This document shows positions 38,302 through 50,795 of a DNA stretch of 64,000 nt, in pieces; position 1 is the stretch's first letter; the number at the start of each line of letters is the position of its first letter. The stretch is from Vitrella brassicaformis CCMP3155 (taxonomy: Eukaryota; Protista; Chromerida). The notes under the pieces were generated by a model. It did no database searches. It was given only the letters and a program-made list of their open reading frames with translations, and was not told the DNA's origin. A program made the position numbers and the translations under genes. The stretch is from NCBI GenBank assembly GCA_001179505.1, contig CDMY01000375.1, positions 1 through 64,000 on the forward strand, in the 5' to 3' direction.

Positions 38302-40493
38302 TCAACATCTTGATACCTCGTCGTCATCGTCATGCCGGCGTGACTCATACTCGAGCACGTTGCGGAGTGGGACGGCTGGCGAGGGGCTCTCGAACATGGC
38401 AGCCATCATCACACCACGAGCGGCCTGAGAGAGAAAACAGACGGATGAAAATGTACGAATCCCCTTTTCTGCGATGGGGCTTACTCGGCCGGTCGATTCT
38501 TGCCCTTCAGGGTCATCCACTCCGGCAGCTGCTGCCGCTGCTGGTCTTCCCACCAGCAGCAGCCGCAGCAGCAGTAGCGGCAGCATGACGAGGCTCAGCG
38601 CTTGTAGGCGTGGAGCGCGGTGCCTCCGGTGCTGGCCTGCGGGGCTGAATGATGGCCTGCGGACCTGCATTGGCGTAGCGGGATGGCGAAAAGGACACCG
38701 AAATATAAAACGCAGGCGGCGATCGATGCCTGCACCGCACCCACAGACACGCCAATGAATGAGACACCTGGACGCAATCCCATGAGATGAGGTGTGTATT
38801 TCTTTGTGTGTGCACCAGCAGCGTCCTCCGTCCTCTGATCTGCTCTGCCGTCGGCCTTGTCCGTTGACCCCTGATTGCCCCCATCGCTGCCTCCCCCGTG
38901 CGACCGCCCTCTCTTATTGCTGCCGAGACTCAGGTGCTGCACCGTTGAAGGCTGGGAGGGAAGGGGAGGGGTGGCGGTGTACTCGTAGCGATCGTCCTGC
39001 GGCGGGTACACGTAGGGCAGCAGCTCCAGGCGGGGTCTGATGGCCGCGGGGCTCTCCAGCCATGGCCCCGCCCACATCGAGATGAGGGTGTTTGGCGGCT
39101 TGACCATAAAGAGGCCCAGGCCGCCAATCTGAACCAAGATGGACATGGTTTGGTGTGGTGTGGGGGATGGTGGATGGGGTGTTTGCCTTTTCGTTGTGTG
39201 CGGTGATGAAGCTCATGTCTCTGTGACGATCCATGAGGCCCGCGAGCTGCTGCAGTTTTGAGCTAATCACACCCAGCTGCTGCACTCCAAATGACACAGA
39301 CAGACAGACAGACAGACAGAGATCATGTGTCTGTGACGTGACCCTTCAGCTCCCTCGTGAGCACTGCCTGCGTATCTGACCTCTGTTGCTGTTGCGATGT
39401 CAGGATCCTCCTGCAGCTTGATCTTGAGCATCGAAAAACGCCGCTGCGCATGGCCCGGGAAGGCCCTCACGTACCTGCCCGGTCACGACATTCATGTGTG
39501 GTGTCTTCATCAGCCACCTGTGTCTCTGTCTCACTCACCGGGTGGCCATGTCGAGTGCGAAGAGGTCTCCCGCCTTGTCTCCCACACTAAACACCCTGCT
39601 GACATCCGGGCGCCGTGCCAGCTCCTCTGTGAAGGTCAGGACCTGCACAAAACAGATCAGGAGACATCGCATCGATGGACACACATGGGGGGACGAAGGA
39701 ATGGCTGGCTGCACACATGGGGATGGGTCTCTCTGCATCTTATCTTGTTCACCCACCTTCCACGCGATGCCGTGTGGCTCCATCGGCACGCCCCTCCCCG
39801 TCCCTCTGTCCCTGGCGCTGTAGATGACGATGCCGTGCTCCTGCAGATAGTCTGCTAGCCACGGCACCGCCACCAGGCACTGCGCCACCCAGCCTGCCAG
39901 CCAGCACAACAGAAGACGCGTCACAGTGGCCACTTGTCCCTCCCTCCCTCCCTTCCTCCCCTCACCCTTGCCGCCGTTTGTTATGATGGCCACCCGGCCG
40001 CCCTCGTCCAGCACCTGATGGAAAACCGATATGGCCTCCTTGCCGTAGTTGGAGAGGGTGGCACTGACGGCGGCGATCTCCTCGGCGTCTGCCTGAGTCT
40101 TGGGGACCTGCCCCTTCAGCCAGCGCAGGAAGGCGCGGTGGCCCTTGATCCACGTCGTCGGGAACAATGTGTCGTCCCTGACACGCACAACATGGAGACC
40201 TGAGCACGGACGCCACCTGACTGCACTTTTTCACCAGTCAACATGCCAGTCAAAAATGAAGAAAATCCCCTCGGACCTTCCTGTGCGGCGCGCGAGCTGT
40301 TGCAATTGGGGCCGCTGGTGGGAGAGCTCAAACGGCCTCTGCAGCAGGCCTCCCGAGTCGCGGTGGTGCTCCTGGCAGGCTCTGGGGGCTCTGGGTGGCC
40401 GCTTCCCCCCTGATCAGCTATGCATAATTCTGAATTGGGGCCCGACTCTTGGCCCGAGTTGTCGGAGTCGTCGATCCCCGGCGGCGGTGCCAT
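38302..40493 (-). pseudogene. HAD-superfamily hydrolase (DWDDTL type), apparently frameshifted, with possible unrelated downstream exons
   Basis: Motif I IFFIFDW...|DDTLFPTTW, motif II VAIITNG, IYSARD, motif III AWK|VLTF, motif IV VFSVGD, then LKIKLQEDP. The N-terminal MAPPPGIDD frame is out of phase with motif I by 1 nt near 40267-40270. The 3' extent below ~39150 is uncertain. Confidence 0.62.
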
Positions 40494-40890
40494 CGATCCG
40501 TCAGCGGGGGCTGTGCGTGGCCTTCTCACAGGCACAATCAATTGGTGGCCGGTGGAAGAAGGTCCTTGGATATTGCGAGCTTGGATCGGAAGCGAGCTCG
40601 CAGAGGGGAAAGAGAAAAAGAGGAATAAAATCTGCGTCGTTTGCCTCACACCGCATCGGTTGACGTCCACGCGCGCATAAACGAGTGTAAGAAGGAAATG
40701 ACCGTTGATGCATGTATCTGCGTACACGTGTGTGCGTGCCCGTGTGTGTGTCCGTCAGGCGCAGCGTATCTTTGCTTATCGGCGCTGGCCGCCCCTCATT
40801 TGTCGTACACCGATTGCCTGCCTGCGTGGGTGAGTGCGCCCTGGTTGGTGCGCGTTGCGGTGTGTTGGTGTTGTGTTGACAACCGGCGCG

Positions 40891-43800
40891 ATGTCGAAGA
40901 AGTTGCAGAGTGAGATAGAGCGCGTGTTGCGGGACATCAAGGTGCACGTGGAGCAGTATGACGAGAAGTTTGACGAGCTGCGGCAGTTCAACAGGGAGCG
41001 CTTCATCAACTGCGACAAAATGAAAGACGAAGCCAAGAAGGAGGTGAGGGGTCACCTCACACGTGGCACACACACATACACACACAGACACACGCAAGGG
41101 CATAAGGCAGGCAGGCAGGCTGGCCGGTGGCAGACACAGGGAGGCATAGCGCGACTCGTACAGGCATCGCATTCGTGTGTTGTGTGCATCCCCCCGCTCA
41201 CCATGTGTGTGCAGCAACTTCGCGGCAAGAAGCATGCGATTCGTACGACCACGCTTGAGCTGATGGACGTCAAGCACGTGTTGGACGGCCGTGGCCGCAT
41301 TGAGGGCGAGCTCGAGAATCTGCTGCGGAAGCTGCACCGGCTGGGTCAGCAGGTCAAGGACTGGCTCAACCAAAACGATGTCAGGGACAAAGACTCACTC
41401 GAGCAGTGGAAGAAACAGGTAGGTACCTACATATATCGGCACATACACATACACACGCACATACACACACACACACCCTTCGGCATGTGGATGGAATGTG
41501 TGTGTGTGTCAGCTTGAGGTGCGCTACAAACGTGGCAAGATCTTCTATCGCAGCGGCGAGATCAGCGAGGTCGACATGTCTGGCGAGGGAGAGGTCACCG
41601 AGCACCAGAAGTGGATCGAGGACTACATCAGGAGGCTGGGCGACCAAAACGACCTCTTCGAAGCTGAAATCGAAGCCTCCAAGAAGAAGAAGGTCAGCCA
41701 AACCCAACACGCGCTCAATGCACAAACAGGCTGTGTGTGTGTGTGCAGAGTGCCGATTGTGAGCGTGTGGAGCAGTTGAAGGCCTTCACTGAGCTCCACC
41801 GCAGCCACATGCAGAAGCTGGAAGAACTGCTCAGGCGAATCCGAAACGGAGACCTCAGCTCAGACGTACGCAATCACATCGCCCACACACTCTCGCCCTA
41901 GCCACCGACCCACCTGTGTGTCTGTCTGTCTGTCTGTCTGTCTGGCAGAGCGAGATGGAGAAGTTGGGTGAGTTGCAGGAGGAGCTGCGGGACTATGTCG
42001 AGAATAACGACTCCCTCGACATCGTCGCCATGTGTGACGACCTCTACGCCGACCTCGGCCTCGAGGACATGCCATGCGACATGGACAAGGACGGCTCTGA
42101 CACCGTCGGCGACCCCCTCACCGACGTCGGCACTCACGACGAGCCCATGCGCCTGTCGTCCATCGAGATCGACAACAATGAGGCCGCCTGGGAGGCTGGC
42201 GCTGAGCCCATGGCCGACCACCAGCCCCACCAGCAGCAGCAGCAACATGACGATGAGGGCGACAAGGCCGTCACTACTACTGCTGGCGAGCAGCGTCAGG
42301 CCAAGCGGCCGAAGAAGGGCGGCAAGGGGGCGTCCAAGGACAAGGGCGAGGCCACCAGCAGCACGAGCGCTGTTTCGCCGGCTGCTGTCACGCCCAAGGC
42401 CAGCCTCGCCGCCACTCTCCTGGGCAAGGCCGAGCGAATCGACCACAGAGATAAGGAGGCCAAGAGCGACTTGGACAGCAACGAGTCGCAGCCCTCCCAG
42501 TGGAAGCCCAAGGCGACTCCTGAGCACCCTGTCATCCTGCCCTCGCTCGCCCCAGCAGCGGCACAGCAGCCACCCGGCAGCAAGAGGAAGGGCGACAAGA
42601 CAGACACCCACACCCACACCCACACGCACAGGAAGGCCTCCGGTGACAAGTCGGCCACCAAGCACCCCTCCAGCACCAAGCAGCCCCCCGAGGTCTTCTC
42701 TCCCTCGACCTTCCCTCTGCTCCCATCCGCCACCCCGCGCTCTTTCTCCTCCACACGAGGCGGGGAGGGCTTCGCCTCGTGGGTGTCGGCGGCCAAGCAG
42801 GCGAGCGGGGAGCGGTCTGAGGCGTCGAGCGTCGAGTGTGCCATGTCCAGCACGTCGAGCCTCTCGGGGCCGGGGCAGACAAGCGCGGCCGTTGCTGCCG
42901 CCGCCGCTGCTGCTGCTGCTGGGGGCGGTGGTGCCGAGAAGGTTGGGGGGAGGAGGGGAAGTTTCAATGACACTAAGAGGGCGTCGGACACGGTAAGACG
43001 ACCAGCGAGGAAATAAGCCATGCACCATGAAGCGCGTCATTATTTCCTTGGTCTCCTGTTTGTGGTCAGGTCGGTTCGTCTGTGTCGTCTCAGCAGCACA
43101 TGGCGGTCGATGAGCGCGAGACCCTTGTGTCGATGGGCTTCGCCAGCGATGCCGTCGACCGAGCCCTGATGATGCACGCGGGCAATTTTGACGACGCTCT
43201 CAACCACCTCATCCACACCAACCAGTCGCCCAAGATTCACGAACCACCCACCCCACCACAGTCACAGCCAAGCGCATCAGCGGCTGATGAGCCAGCCCCC
43301 ATGGAGCCGCCCCCACAATCACTGCCCACAGAGCTCGCCGAGGCAGCTGAGTCACCAGATAAGGATGCTGGGGCGCCCAAGGCAGATGGTGACGGTGACG
43401 AGATCATGGAGAGGGAGAGCGAGAGGGCGAGTGAGGAGGAGGTGACGATAGGGGAGGACTGGAAGGCGGTGGGCGAGGGGCAGCTCTCCCTGTCCAAGGG
43501 CACAAGGCTACGCATCCAGGAGCGACACAGCTCCGGATGGACCTTCGGGCAGCTCGTCCGGCCAGACGGCTCTCTCGACGACCGGCCCGACTCGTCTGGC
43601 TGGTTCCCCGACTTCCTCACCCAGCCTCCCCCTCCCCCCTCTCCACCCCGGTTGAACCCACACCCCCACACCCACCCACCCCCACCCACCACAGACAACC
43701 AGAGAGCCGGTGGCCCACCCACTTCCAGCTCGCCCGTGTCCACGGCTGCTGCCGTGCCCATGGTCACGGCATCCTCCCTGCTGCAGCGCGGCCTGGTGCT

Positions 43801-45711
43801 GCAGGAGCGGGTGCACATCCCCAAGGTGCACCCGACGGACGAGGGCCGGTCGGCCGATGGATCGCCGGACGCCTCAGGGTCGGCCGCTGGTGTGAGGGGT
43901 GGGGGAGGAGAGGAGGGATCCGACTCGACCGACCTCGGCTCGGCCACCAGCACCGTCCGTAGCGTGTCGACGCTCACTTTGGGGCGGGGCGGCGGCGAGA
44001 GCGTGGATTTTGATGTGTGGCAGACGGTGAGTATCGAGTCGTCCAACGAGGGAGGAGAGGGCGTCGTGGTTGGGGAGGGCGGCACTGCTGCTGGTGCTGC
44101 TGCCAGTGGAGGTGGAGGTGGTGGTGGTGAAGGGGGTGTGTTGGAGGTGCGTGAGGTGTACTGGGACTGGGCGGGCGAGTACGGCGACACCGCCACGCAA
44201 AACCTGCACTTTTCCAAGGGCGAAAGGGTAAGTCTGTCTGACACACGCACAAGCCACCCACAGTACAGTGGGGGTAGCATTAGTTCTTATGCATGTGCTT
44301 GTGTGCTATCTATCAGGTTGAGATAATCGTTCGGCATCGCTCGGGCTGGACCCACGGCCGCATCGTAGGAGAGCCAGACCGGTGAGTGAGCGGTGACACG
44401 AAATATAACGACGGGTGCGTTGCTCTCACTGCTCCGTCCGCCGATGTGTGTGTGTGTGTGTGTGTGTGTCAGCATCGGTTGGTTCCCCGACTTCATGCTC
44501 ACACCCATTGAGGATGTCGAACGCGAAATGAGAGATAAGAAGGTAACACCAGTGCACACAACAAACAAACAAACAAACACTGCCCCCCATCCCAACACGC
44601 CATCTCTCATCATTTCTTCATTCCCTCAGGGCGACGGTGCGAGTGACGTCGACCACGACGAGGCGCGCAAGGCAGCGTCGCCCCCCAAGCGGCTGTTTTT
44701 CCACCCACCAGACCCCCACCAGCCGACACACCACACAAACCCTCTCGGCCTCGGTCTCGGGGTGGGCGTTGCGCGCCACAATCACACACACGGCCACCGG
44801 CTTTCGTCCTTTACGCTGCCGCGGGGCGTCATGGAGCAGCCACAGGACAGCCCTGAGGGCCAAGGGGGGTCGGGGGGACCCACACCGCCCGGTGAGTAGT
44901 AGGTGGCATGACCGATGCACAGACAGACATGCAGGAGAGAGAGTGCATCCATGCGTTTGTCTTGTCTCGTGGGTGATGTGCAGGGTCGATGTGGTCCCTG
45001 GGCACCCCTCTGCTCACCCCCTTGACGACCAACGCCGGGGCCCTGACGGACAGGAGCCCAGCACCAGCAGCAGCAGGAGCAGGAGGGTCCCGTCTGCAGG
45101 CGCCCCCCTCCGGGACATCTTTGTTCCAGACGCAGCCCAGCCTCATTCGCGGCCATGTGGAGGGGACCGCCGGCCTGACCGCCTCATTGGATGCCGAACG
45201 GCACGACGGCAGCGAGCATCAATGGACACTCAGCCACTCACGGTCCTCTCTCAGGGTAAGCAAGGGAGGGAGGGAGGCGCCATTGCTGCATCTTCCATTC
45301 TTCTGCCCCGTTTGTTTGGTCAGTCTGGCGATGGTCCTGGGAGCGAGCGAGATCTCTCCCACCACCCTTCCCCCGGTGCACTGCGTCCGTCATCCTCGAT
45401 TGCCATGGCGTTTGGGAGCGGCCGGCCTGCGGGCGTCCTCGTCATAAGTGGGAGGGGGGTTTGGTCGGAGCGGACAATGACGTTGCCGGGATGGTCCAGC
45501 GATAAGACCAAGTGAGAATGCGATGAAGGAGTGGATGGCACAATTGGATCGATGGATGCACTCACTGCACGAACACTGGATGGGGTTTCGTGTGCTGTGT
45601 TGTGCTGTGCTGTGTGCTGTCAGTGCGAAGATCCCGGATGAGAACCCGTGGCGCATCTCTGCGGTGAAGGAGCATGAGACGGACACCATGGATGGCACAA
45701 GCAACGCCTGA
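40891..45711 (+). CDS. NOT3/NOT5 N-terminal domain fused to UBA and two SH3 domains; no NOT-box seen
   Basis: MSKKLQSEIERVLR..., KLHRLGQQVKDWLNQNDVRDKDSLE, HRSHMQKLEELLR and LRDYVENND...DDLYADLGLE parallel the CNOT3 N-terminus. A phase-0 intron (42993-43069) joins UBA (LVSMGFASDAVDRALMMHAGNFDDALNHL). SH3-1: LSLSKGTRLRIQERHSSGWTFG...GWFP. SH3-2: LHFSKGER|VEIIVRHRSGWTHG...|GWFPDF. Confidence 0.85.
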
Positions 45712-46338
45712 CGGGGCCGCAATGCCTGCGCGCCTCTGCCTGCCTGCCTGAGACAGACAGTGACGTGACATTTGATGAACACCCCAACCCAATGTTTGCC
45801 GTGCATGCTCATGCATGCCTGTCAGTCAGCTATGCTCCGTCTCAGCCAAGTCAAGTCACGGAGGGGAGGGAGAGATTGAGGAGAAAGGGCTGGGCTGTGT
45901 GTGGCCCTCCCTCCTCTCCCTCCCTCCCTCCCGAGTGGCAGACAGAGACCGACCTGCTGGCTGGCTGTGTGGCTGCATCCATCCATCCATCCATGTGTGT
46001 GTCTGGGTGAGCGAACCGAACGAGGGATTGAGCGGATGTTCACTGGCCTTGTCTTGTGCATGTGGAGTAGGGATGGGATGGCGCGGGTGGGTGGGGGTGA
46101 TTGATAGGTGGACCCAACAATGGCCTGCCTGCCTGCATTTTGACACTGACGTGATGCGCGTGAGGTGAGTGCAGTGCAGTGCACACAGGCGGAGGGAGGG
46201 AGGGAGGGTGAGGGAGTGGAGTGACCTCAAGAGTCATTTAAGGCCCAGACACCCACACATCTCCCTCGCTGGTCATTCATTCACCTACACCTACTGCCCT
46301 GCCACCCATCCCATCCGTCCATCTCGTGATTGATCTAG

Positions 46339-49300
46339 CTAGAGCGCCCCAGCAGCTCGCTTGATGCACATGGACACGCTGAGGCTCTCGCCACCGCCAC
46401 CGGGCCGGCCAGCGCCCCACTGAATGTCGCTAACGCCCTCACTCTCCTCAACAGAGGAAGCAGCAGCGGCAGCTGTTGCTGTTGCCGCCGCCGGAGGTGA
46501 CGGCTTCGTCACCTGAAATGATCAACGGATACGGTGTTTCTGCTCTGCTCTGTCCGTCTGTCCATTATTCCATGTGTCATTCACTTTGTGTGGGTGCTGT
46601 GGTGTGCTCACCAGTTGCACGACTCCCCTCGGGGCCACAGCCATCGGATTGTAAGGCACTTGAGCAGCTGTCACATCCAACGACACTGCGGACGGACACA
46701 AAGAAGAACAATGGCAAAACGCCACGAGGGCCCTGTGTGTGCCCCTCTCTCTCTCTCTCACCCACTCAACTCCACTCACCTCCTGTGTTGAGCGTGCCCT
46801 TGACCCGCACTTGTGTGGGCATCTTGAGGGGCCGCCCACTGCCACGCACACCATCACCACACACACACGATGCTGCTGAGGAGGACGATGCGGAGGGCAT
46901 AGCAGGGGCCGCCAGGATGTCCGGCGGCGTGGCGATCCATGTGGCCGTCGCCAGCCGACTCAGACCTACTGCAAAATGCGGCAGGCTGCCCTCTGTCGAT
47001 GTGCTGCAGGCAGGCAGGCAGGCAGTAAGCGCATGTGAGGGTCTGTCTGTGTCTCTGCGTATACAGCACAGCGGCAGAGCGATTGACACACCCACCGGTA
47101 GTATAGTGTGGCTTTCTTGACGAGGTGTCTGAGTGCCTCCCACGGCAGCTTGGCCATCACACCCAACACACACAACTCTGACAGACAGACAGACAGACAG
47201 ACACATATGAGACATGACATGAACGAACGACACACACCTACAATAAGTATTCACGCAGCTAGCTGCATACATACCTGCAATGTGCAGGAACTTCCTGAGG
47301 CGGTGCACCTGCTGGTCCAAACCCTGGGATGCATCCACATACCAATTCTACAGACACACACACACACACACAACATTGTCCACACGCGCATTCATTCATT
47401 GTCTCTCTCTCATAGTCTCCTTGTTCGTTACGATGTCGCTTTGTGCGGATGGGTCTGTTTTGAGTACGATCTGTGTGAGCGCCCGGCGCACGCTGTCCAG
47501 CCCCATCTCTGCCATCACCAGCGCCACGTGGCGCTGACACACACACACACACACGGGAACACACACGGGAACACGCGAGACACATCGAGTGCCATCCATT
47601 CACTGGTCTGTTCTTGGTCGGCTAATGCCTACATACCGGGTCCTCTAGAGCGGCCCTTTGGTCCTGCCACTGCTTCTGCAAGGTGCTGATCTCCTGACCA
47701 GCCTGACTAATGTAATGGACCAACCAAGCAGCCAGCCAGCCAGCCAATCGACCGACAAATGGGGCCACAGCAGGAGAAAGAAGAAACAGTGTATGTGGAT
47801 GCATCAGGCCTTACTGACCGCTACGGTCCCATAGTGCGCTAGCTGATAGATGCGGACGGCCTGCATCCAATCCAGTCCATCCGACAGACAGACAGACACA
47901 TGCACTGCACTCATCCCGTTCGTTCCCTGTGGCCCTTTCTCGTCTGTCTGTCTGTCAGCTGACCGTTTCGATCATCCGTGCCATCTTGGTGGGGTTGTCC
48001 CGCCTCACGTGCGGCAGCAATGGACGCTCACACACACCGCCACCTGCACCACCACTGCCCCCTGACTTGCTCAGACGACGGACACGGCCGCCCCCTTGCC
48101 ATTGGGATGCCCCCGGTGGTGTGGGTGTGGGTGTGGGTGTGGGTGTTGGGAGTCTTGCGCGCTGGTCGATTTCGTTGAGGATGGCGCGCAGGGCCTCCTG
48201 CACGTCGGCCAGGTTGTACCCACCTGCATCCATCGACAGATGCATAATCAACACACAAGCCAATAAGGGAATGCGTGCATTCTCAGCAAGAGAGAGAGAG
48301 ACAGACAAACTCTCCCTCTACTTACGCTTGAGGAAGAGCCACAGCCGCTCGATGAAGTCCCGCCCCTCACTCTGACACATGCACACACATGACAGACACC
48401 CAACAAACACGCAGGCCTTCATTCATTCATCTCTTCCCTCTTTCTTCTCTTTGTGACCATTCCGCTCACCGTGGTCCATCCCGATCTGAGTGTGGCGTAG
48501 AGCGATGTGGGTGGGGGATGGGCGCCGTTCTTGTGACCCACACCCACAGGCGCCCTCTCAGCGGGCGATGGCGTGTGTGGCTCCCGGGGCGCCGCCCGTG
48601 TGATGGAGTCGAGCCGCGACGCCGCCGCATCCATGGCCGTCAGATGGCCCTGCTCCTGGGATAGAAACGCCTGAACACCAACACACGGCAGGAAAGTGCT
48701 GGGTTGGGGTGTGTGGTTGTCTGTCACGTGTTTCCTGTCACCTTGACATAGTTGCAGAGTTCCATTTTCCTGCACCACTTGAGGTCTGTGGTGGGGTCCG
48801 CGGCCGTGAAGTCCTCGGCCGTCAGGTCGGTGCCCGTCGCCACACTTGCAAAGTCCTCCAGACCCTCCTCGCTGTCTACGCCGCCAACGCGACTTGACAA
48901 CCCCTGGTCCTTCCTGAAGGTACGTGGTGACGGGACGGTAGGTGGTGTGTGTGTGTGGTGGGGTTGGGTTTGTCTGTTTACACGTGTAGGCACTTGTCGA
49001 TGGATTGGAATGCGGCCTCCTCGTCGGCGCCATAGCTCTCGAGCACCATCATCGACTGCAGCAGCTCGCCCACCACCAGCAACTCGTCTACGTGACCCTT
49101 CAAATACCCACCTGCATTGCAGGACACACACATGATGCAATCAATGCACACAACCCAGCCCCGTCTCTCCCCCTCTGTCTGTCGACAGCTCACTCACCTT
49201 CCTCAAACCCCGCTTTGAGTATGATGACCGCATCAGTGTCCATTGGGGGCGGTGCTGGGGGCAGCAGGGATGGCAGAAGGGCTGACGGGGCCACACCACC

Positions 49301-50596
49301 GCCACCACCACCCCCTGTGACGGTCCAGAAGAGCTGCAGACAGATGAACGGCCCCCCGCACAGCCGATACGAGTCCAGGGAGGCCCGAGGGCTCATCGGA
49401 GGACCCAACTGACACAGCATGAGAGAGAGGGGGTGTGATAGCTTGACGGATGGATGGATGGATGTGTGGGTGTACCGTACCTCGAGCATTTTGGAGCTGA
49501 GGTCGAATCTTGCGATGACGGAAACAGGACCCTGTGGGCAGGGAGCGAACCAGCATACAGTAAATAATGTGACCGACATGTACACAGACAAGAGGATCAG
49601 ACCAACACGTGTCTGTCGTGTCGATCAGATGCAGACCTGAAACGCCGGCATAGGAGGCAGCAGGCCGTCCAGTGGCGCCGTGACGGTCTCGCCTACAAGG
49701 AAGGCACAGACGCACACAAAGGCAATGCTCAGCTCACGACGTCGCGTCGCCTTCGTTCGTTCCTCCCTCTCTCCCTTTTATATACAGTACATGCATTGCA
49801 TACCCGCAGATCCGAGTGATGCAAACGCGTAAGTTTCGTCAAACAGCTGGCCCTCCTCACCCCCAGCACCACCCCTATTGCCAATCCCCCAATACAGCGT
49901 CTGCCACCTGCCGCCCCCCTCCCTCGCCACATAAAACAGCACGGGCGCGCCCACCACATACGGCTCTCCTCCTCCTCCCCCCTGTGTGCTGCTGTCCTGG
50001 AGCATGGCCATCACCACCTGCTGGCTCTCGCCCATCGACATGGGCGTGAGGGCGTCTTCGCGGATGGCCGTGTCGAATTCTGAGTGGTCGGGGGTGTCCT
50101 TGTGGGCGTGGTGTGGATGCGTGTGTTTGCTGGTGCCCCTGACGAGGGTGGCGCCCTGCGCGCGGTGGCCGCACTGGAGCACTTGGGAGTTGTGGTCGCC
50201 CTCCAGATACAAAGGCTGCACAACAGATCAAACATCAAACATCACAAACAACACACACAAGATGCATGAGCGAATGAATAAGGGAATCGATGTCCATCCA
50301 CCCACCCATCCAATTCTTGCCTGCAGGGCGTTCTGCAGGTGATCTCCCTTGCCTTCCACCTCCTTCTCGTCCGTGCCATCCACACGCGGCGCCCGCGACA
50401 CGAGGACGAACCCGTCGGTGAAGTGCTCACACAGGGGGTGGTAGGGCGACCGATGCTTGCTGCCGTCCCCCTTCCCGCCCAGCCGCCACACCACATACGA
50501 ACCCACTACCTGGCCGGGAGCCCCCGATGAAGGCAGATCTTTGTCCGGGGAGATGCCTCGCCACGTTTGGCCAAGACAACACAGCAGATCCTCCAT
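46339..50596 (-). CDS. Zwilch-like kinetochore (RZZ) protein, many exons
   Basis: Spliced C-terminal half: RDFIERLWLFLK|GYNLADVQEALRAILNEI...RDNPTKMARMIET...VMAEMGLDSVRRAL...HRLRKFLHIA|E. This matches the Zwilch pattern as I recall it (DFTxxLW, DNxTxLAxLI, LxEIGLEKLxRDY, LEKLHxxLE). Confidence 0.65.
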
Positions 50597-50795
50597 TCTC
50601 CTCCCTCTTTCCCCCTCGTTGGATTCCGTTTACGGATGGCCAGAGGAAAAAATAGGGGGCACCGGTACTCCCATCGCTACGGCGACACATAAGGACAGGT
50701 GGGAACGATGACAAGGCATCTGCAGTGATGCAATGCCAGACCCTCTCCTCTGCGGATTCCGTTTCCGTACGGCTCATTAAGGATCCCCATTAGTC
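50597..50795. promoter_or_regulatory. Putative bidirectional promoter between Zwilch-like and MRNIP-like genes
   Basis: 199 bp between divergent ATGs; GGATTCCGTTT occurs twice (50621, 50754). Confidence 0.5.

Noticed and set aside
12525-40493. Phosphate regulon cluster (cyclin as Pho80, SPX-RING, HAD phosphatase)
   Set aside because: The cyclin has cyclin Y rather than Pho80 motifs, the genes are far apart with unrelated genes between them, and adjacency is weak evidence in eukaryotes.
14370-40493. HAD gene as the mannitol-1-phosphatase partner of M1PDH
   Set aside because: More than 20 kb apart, apparently frameshifted, and no substrate-specific evidence.
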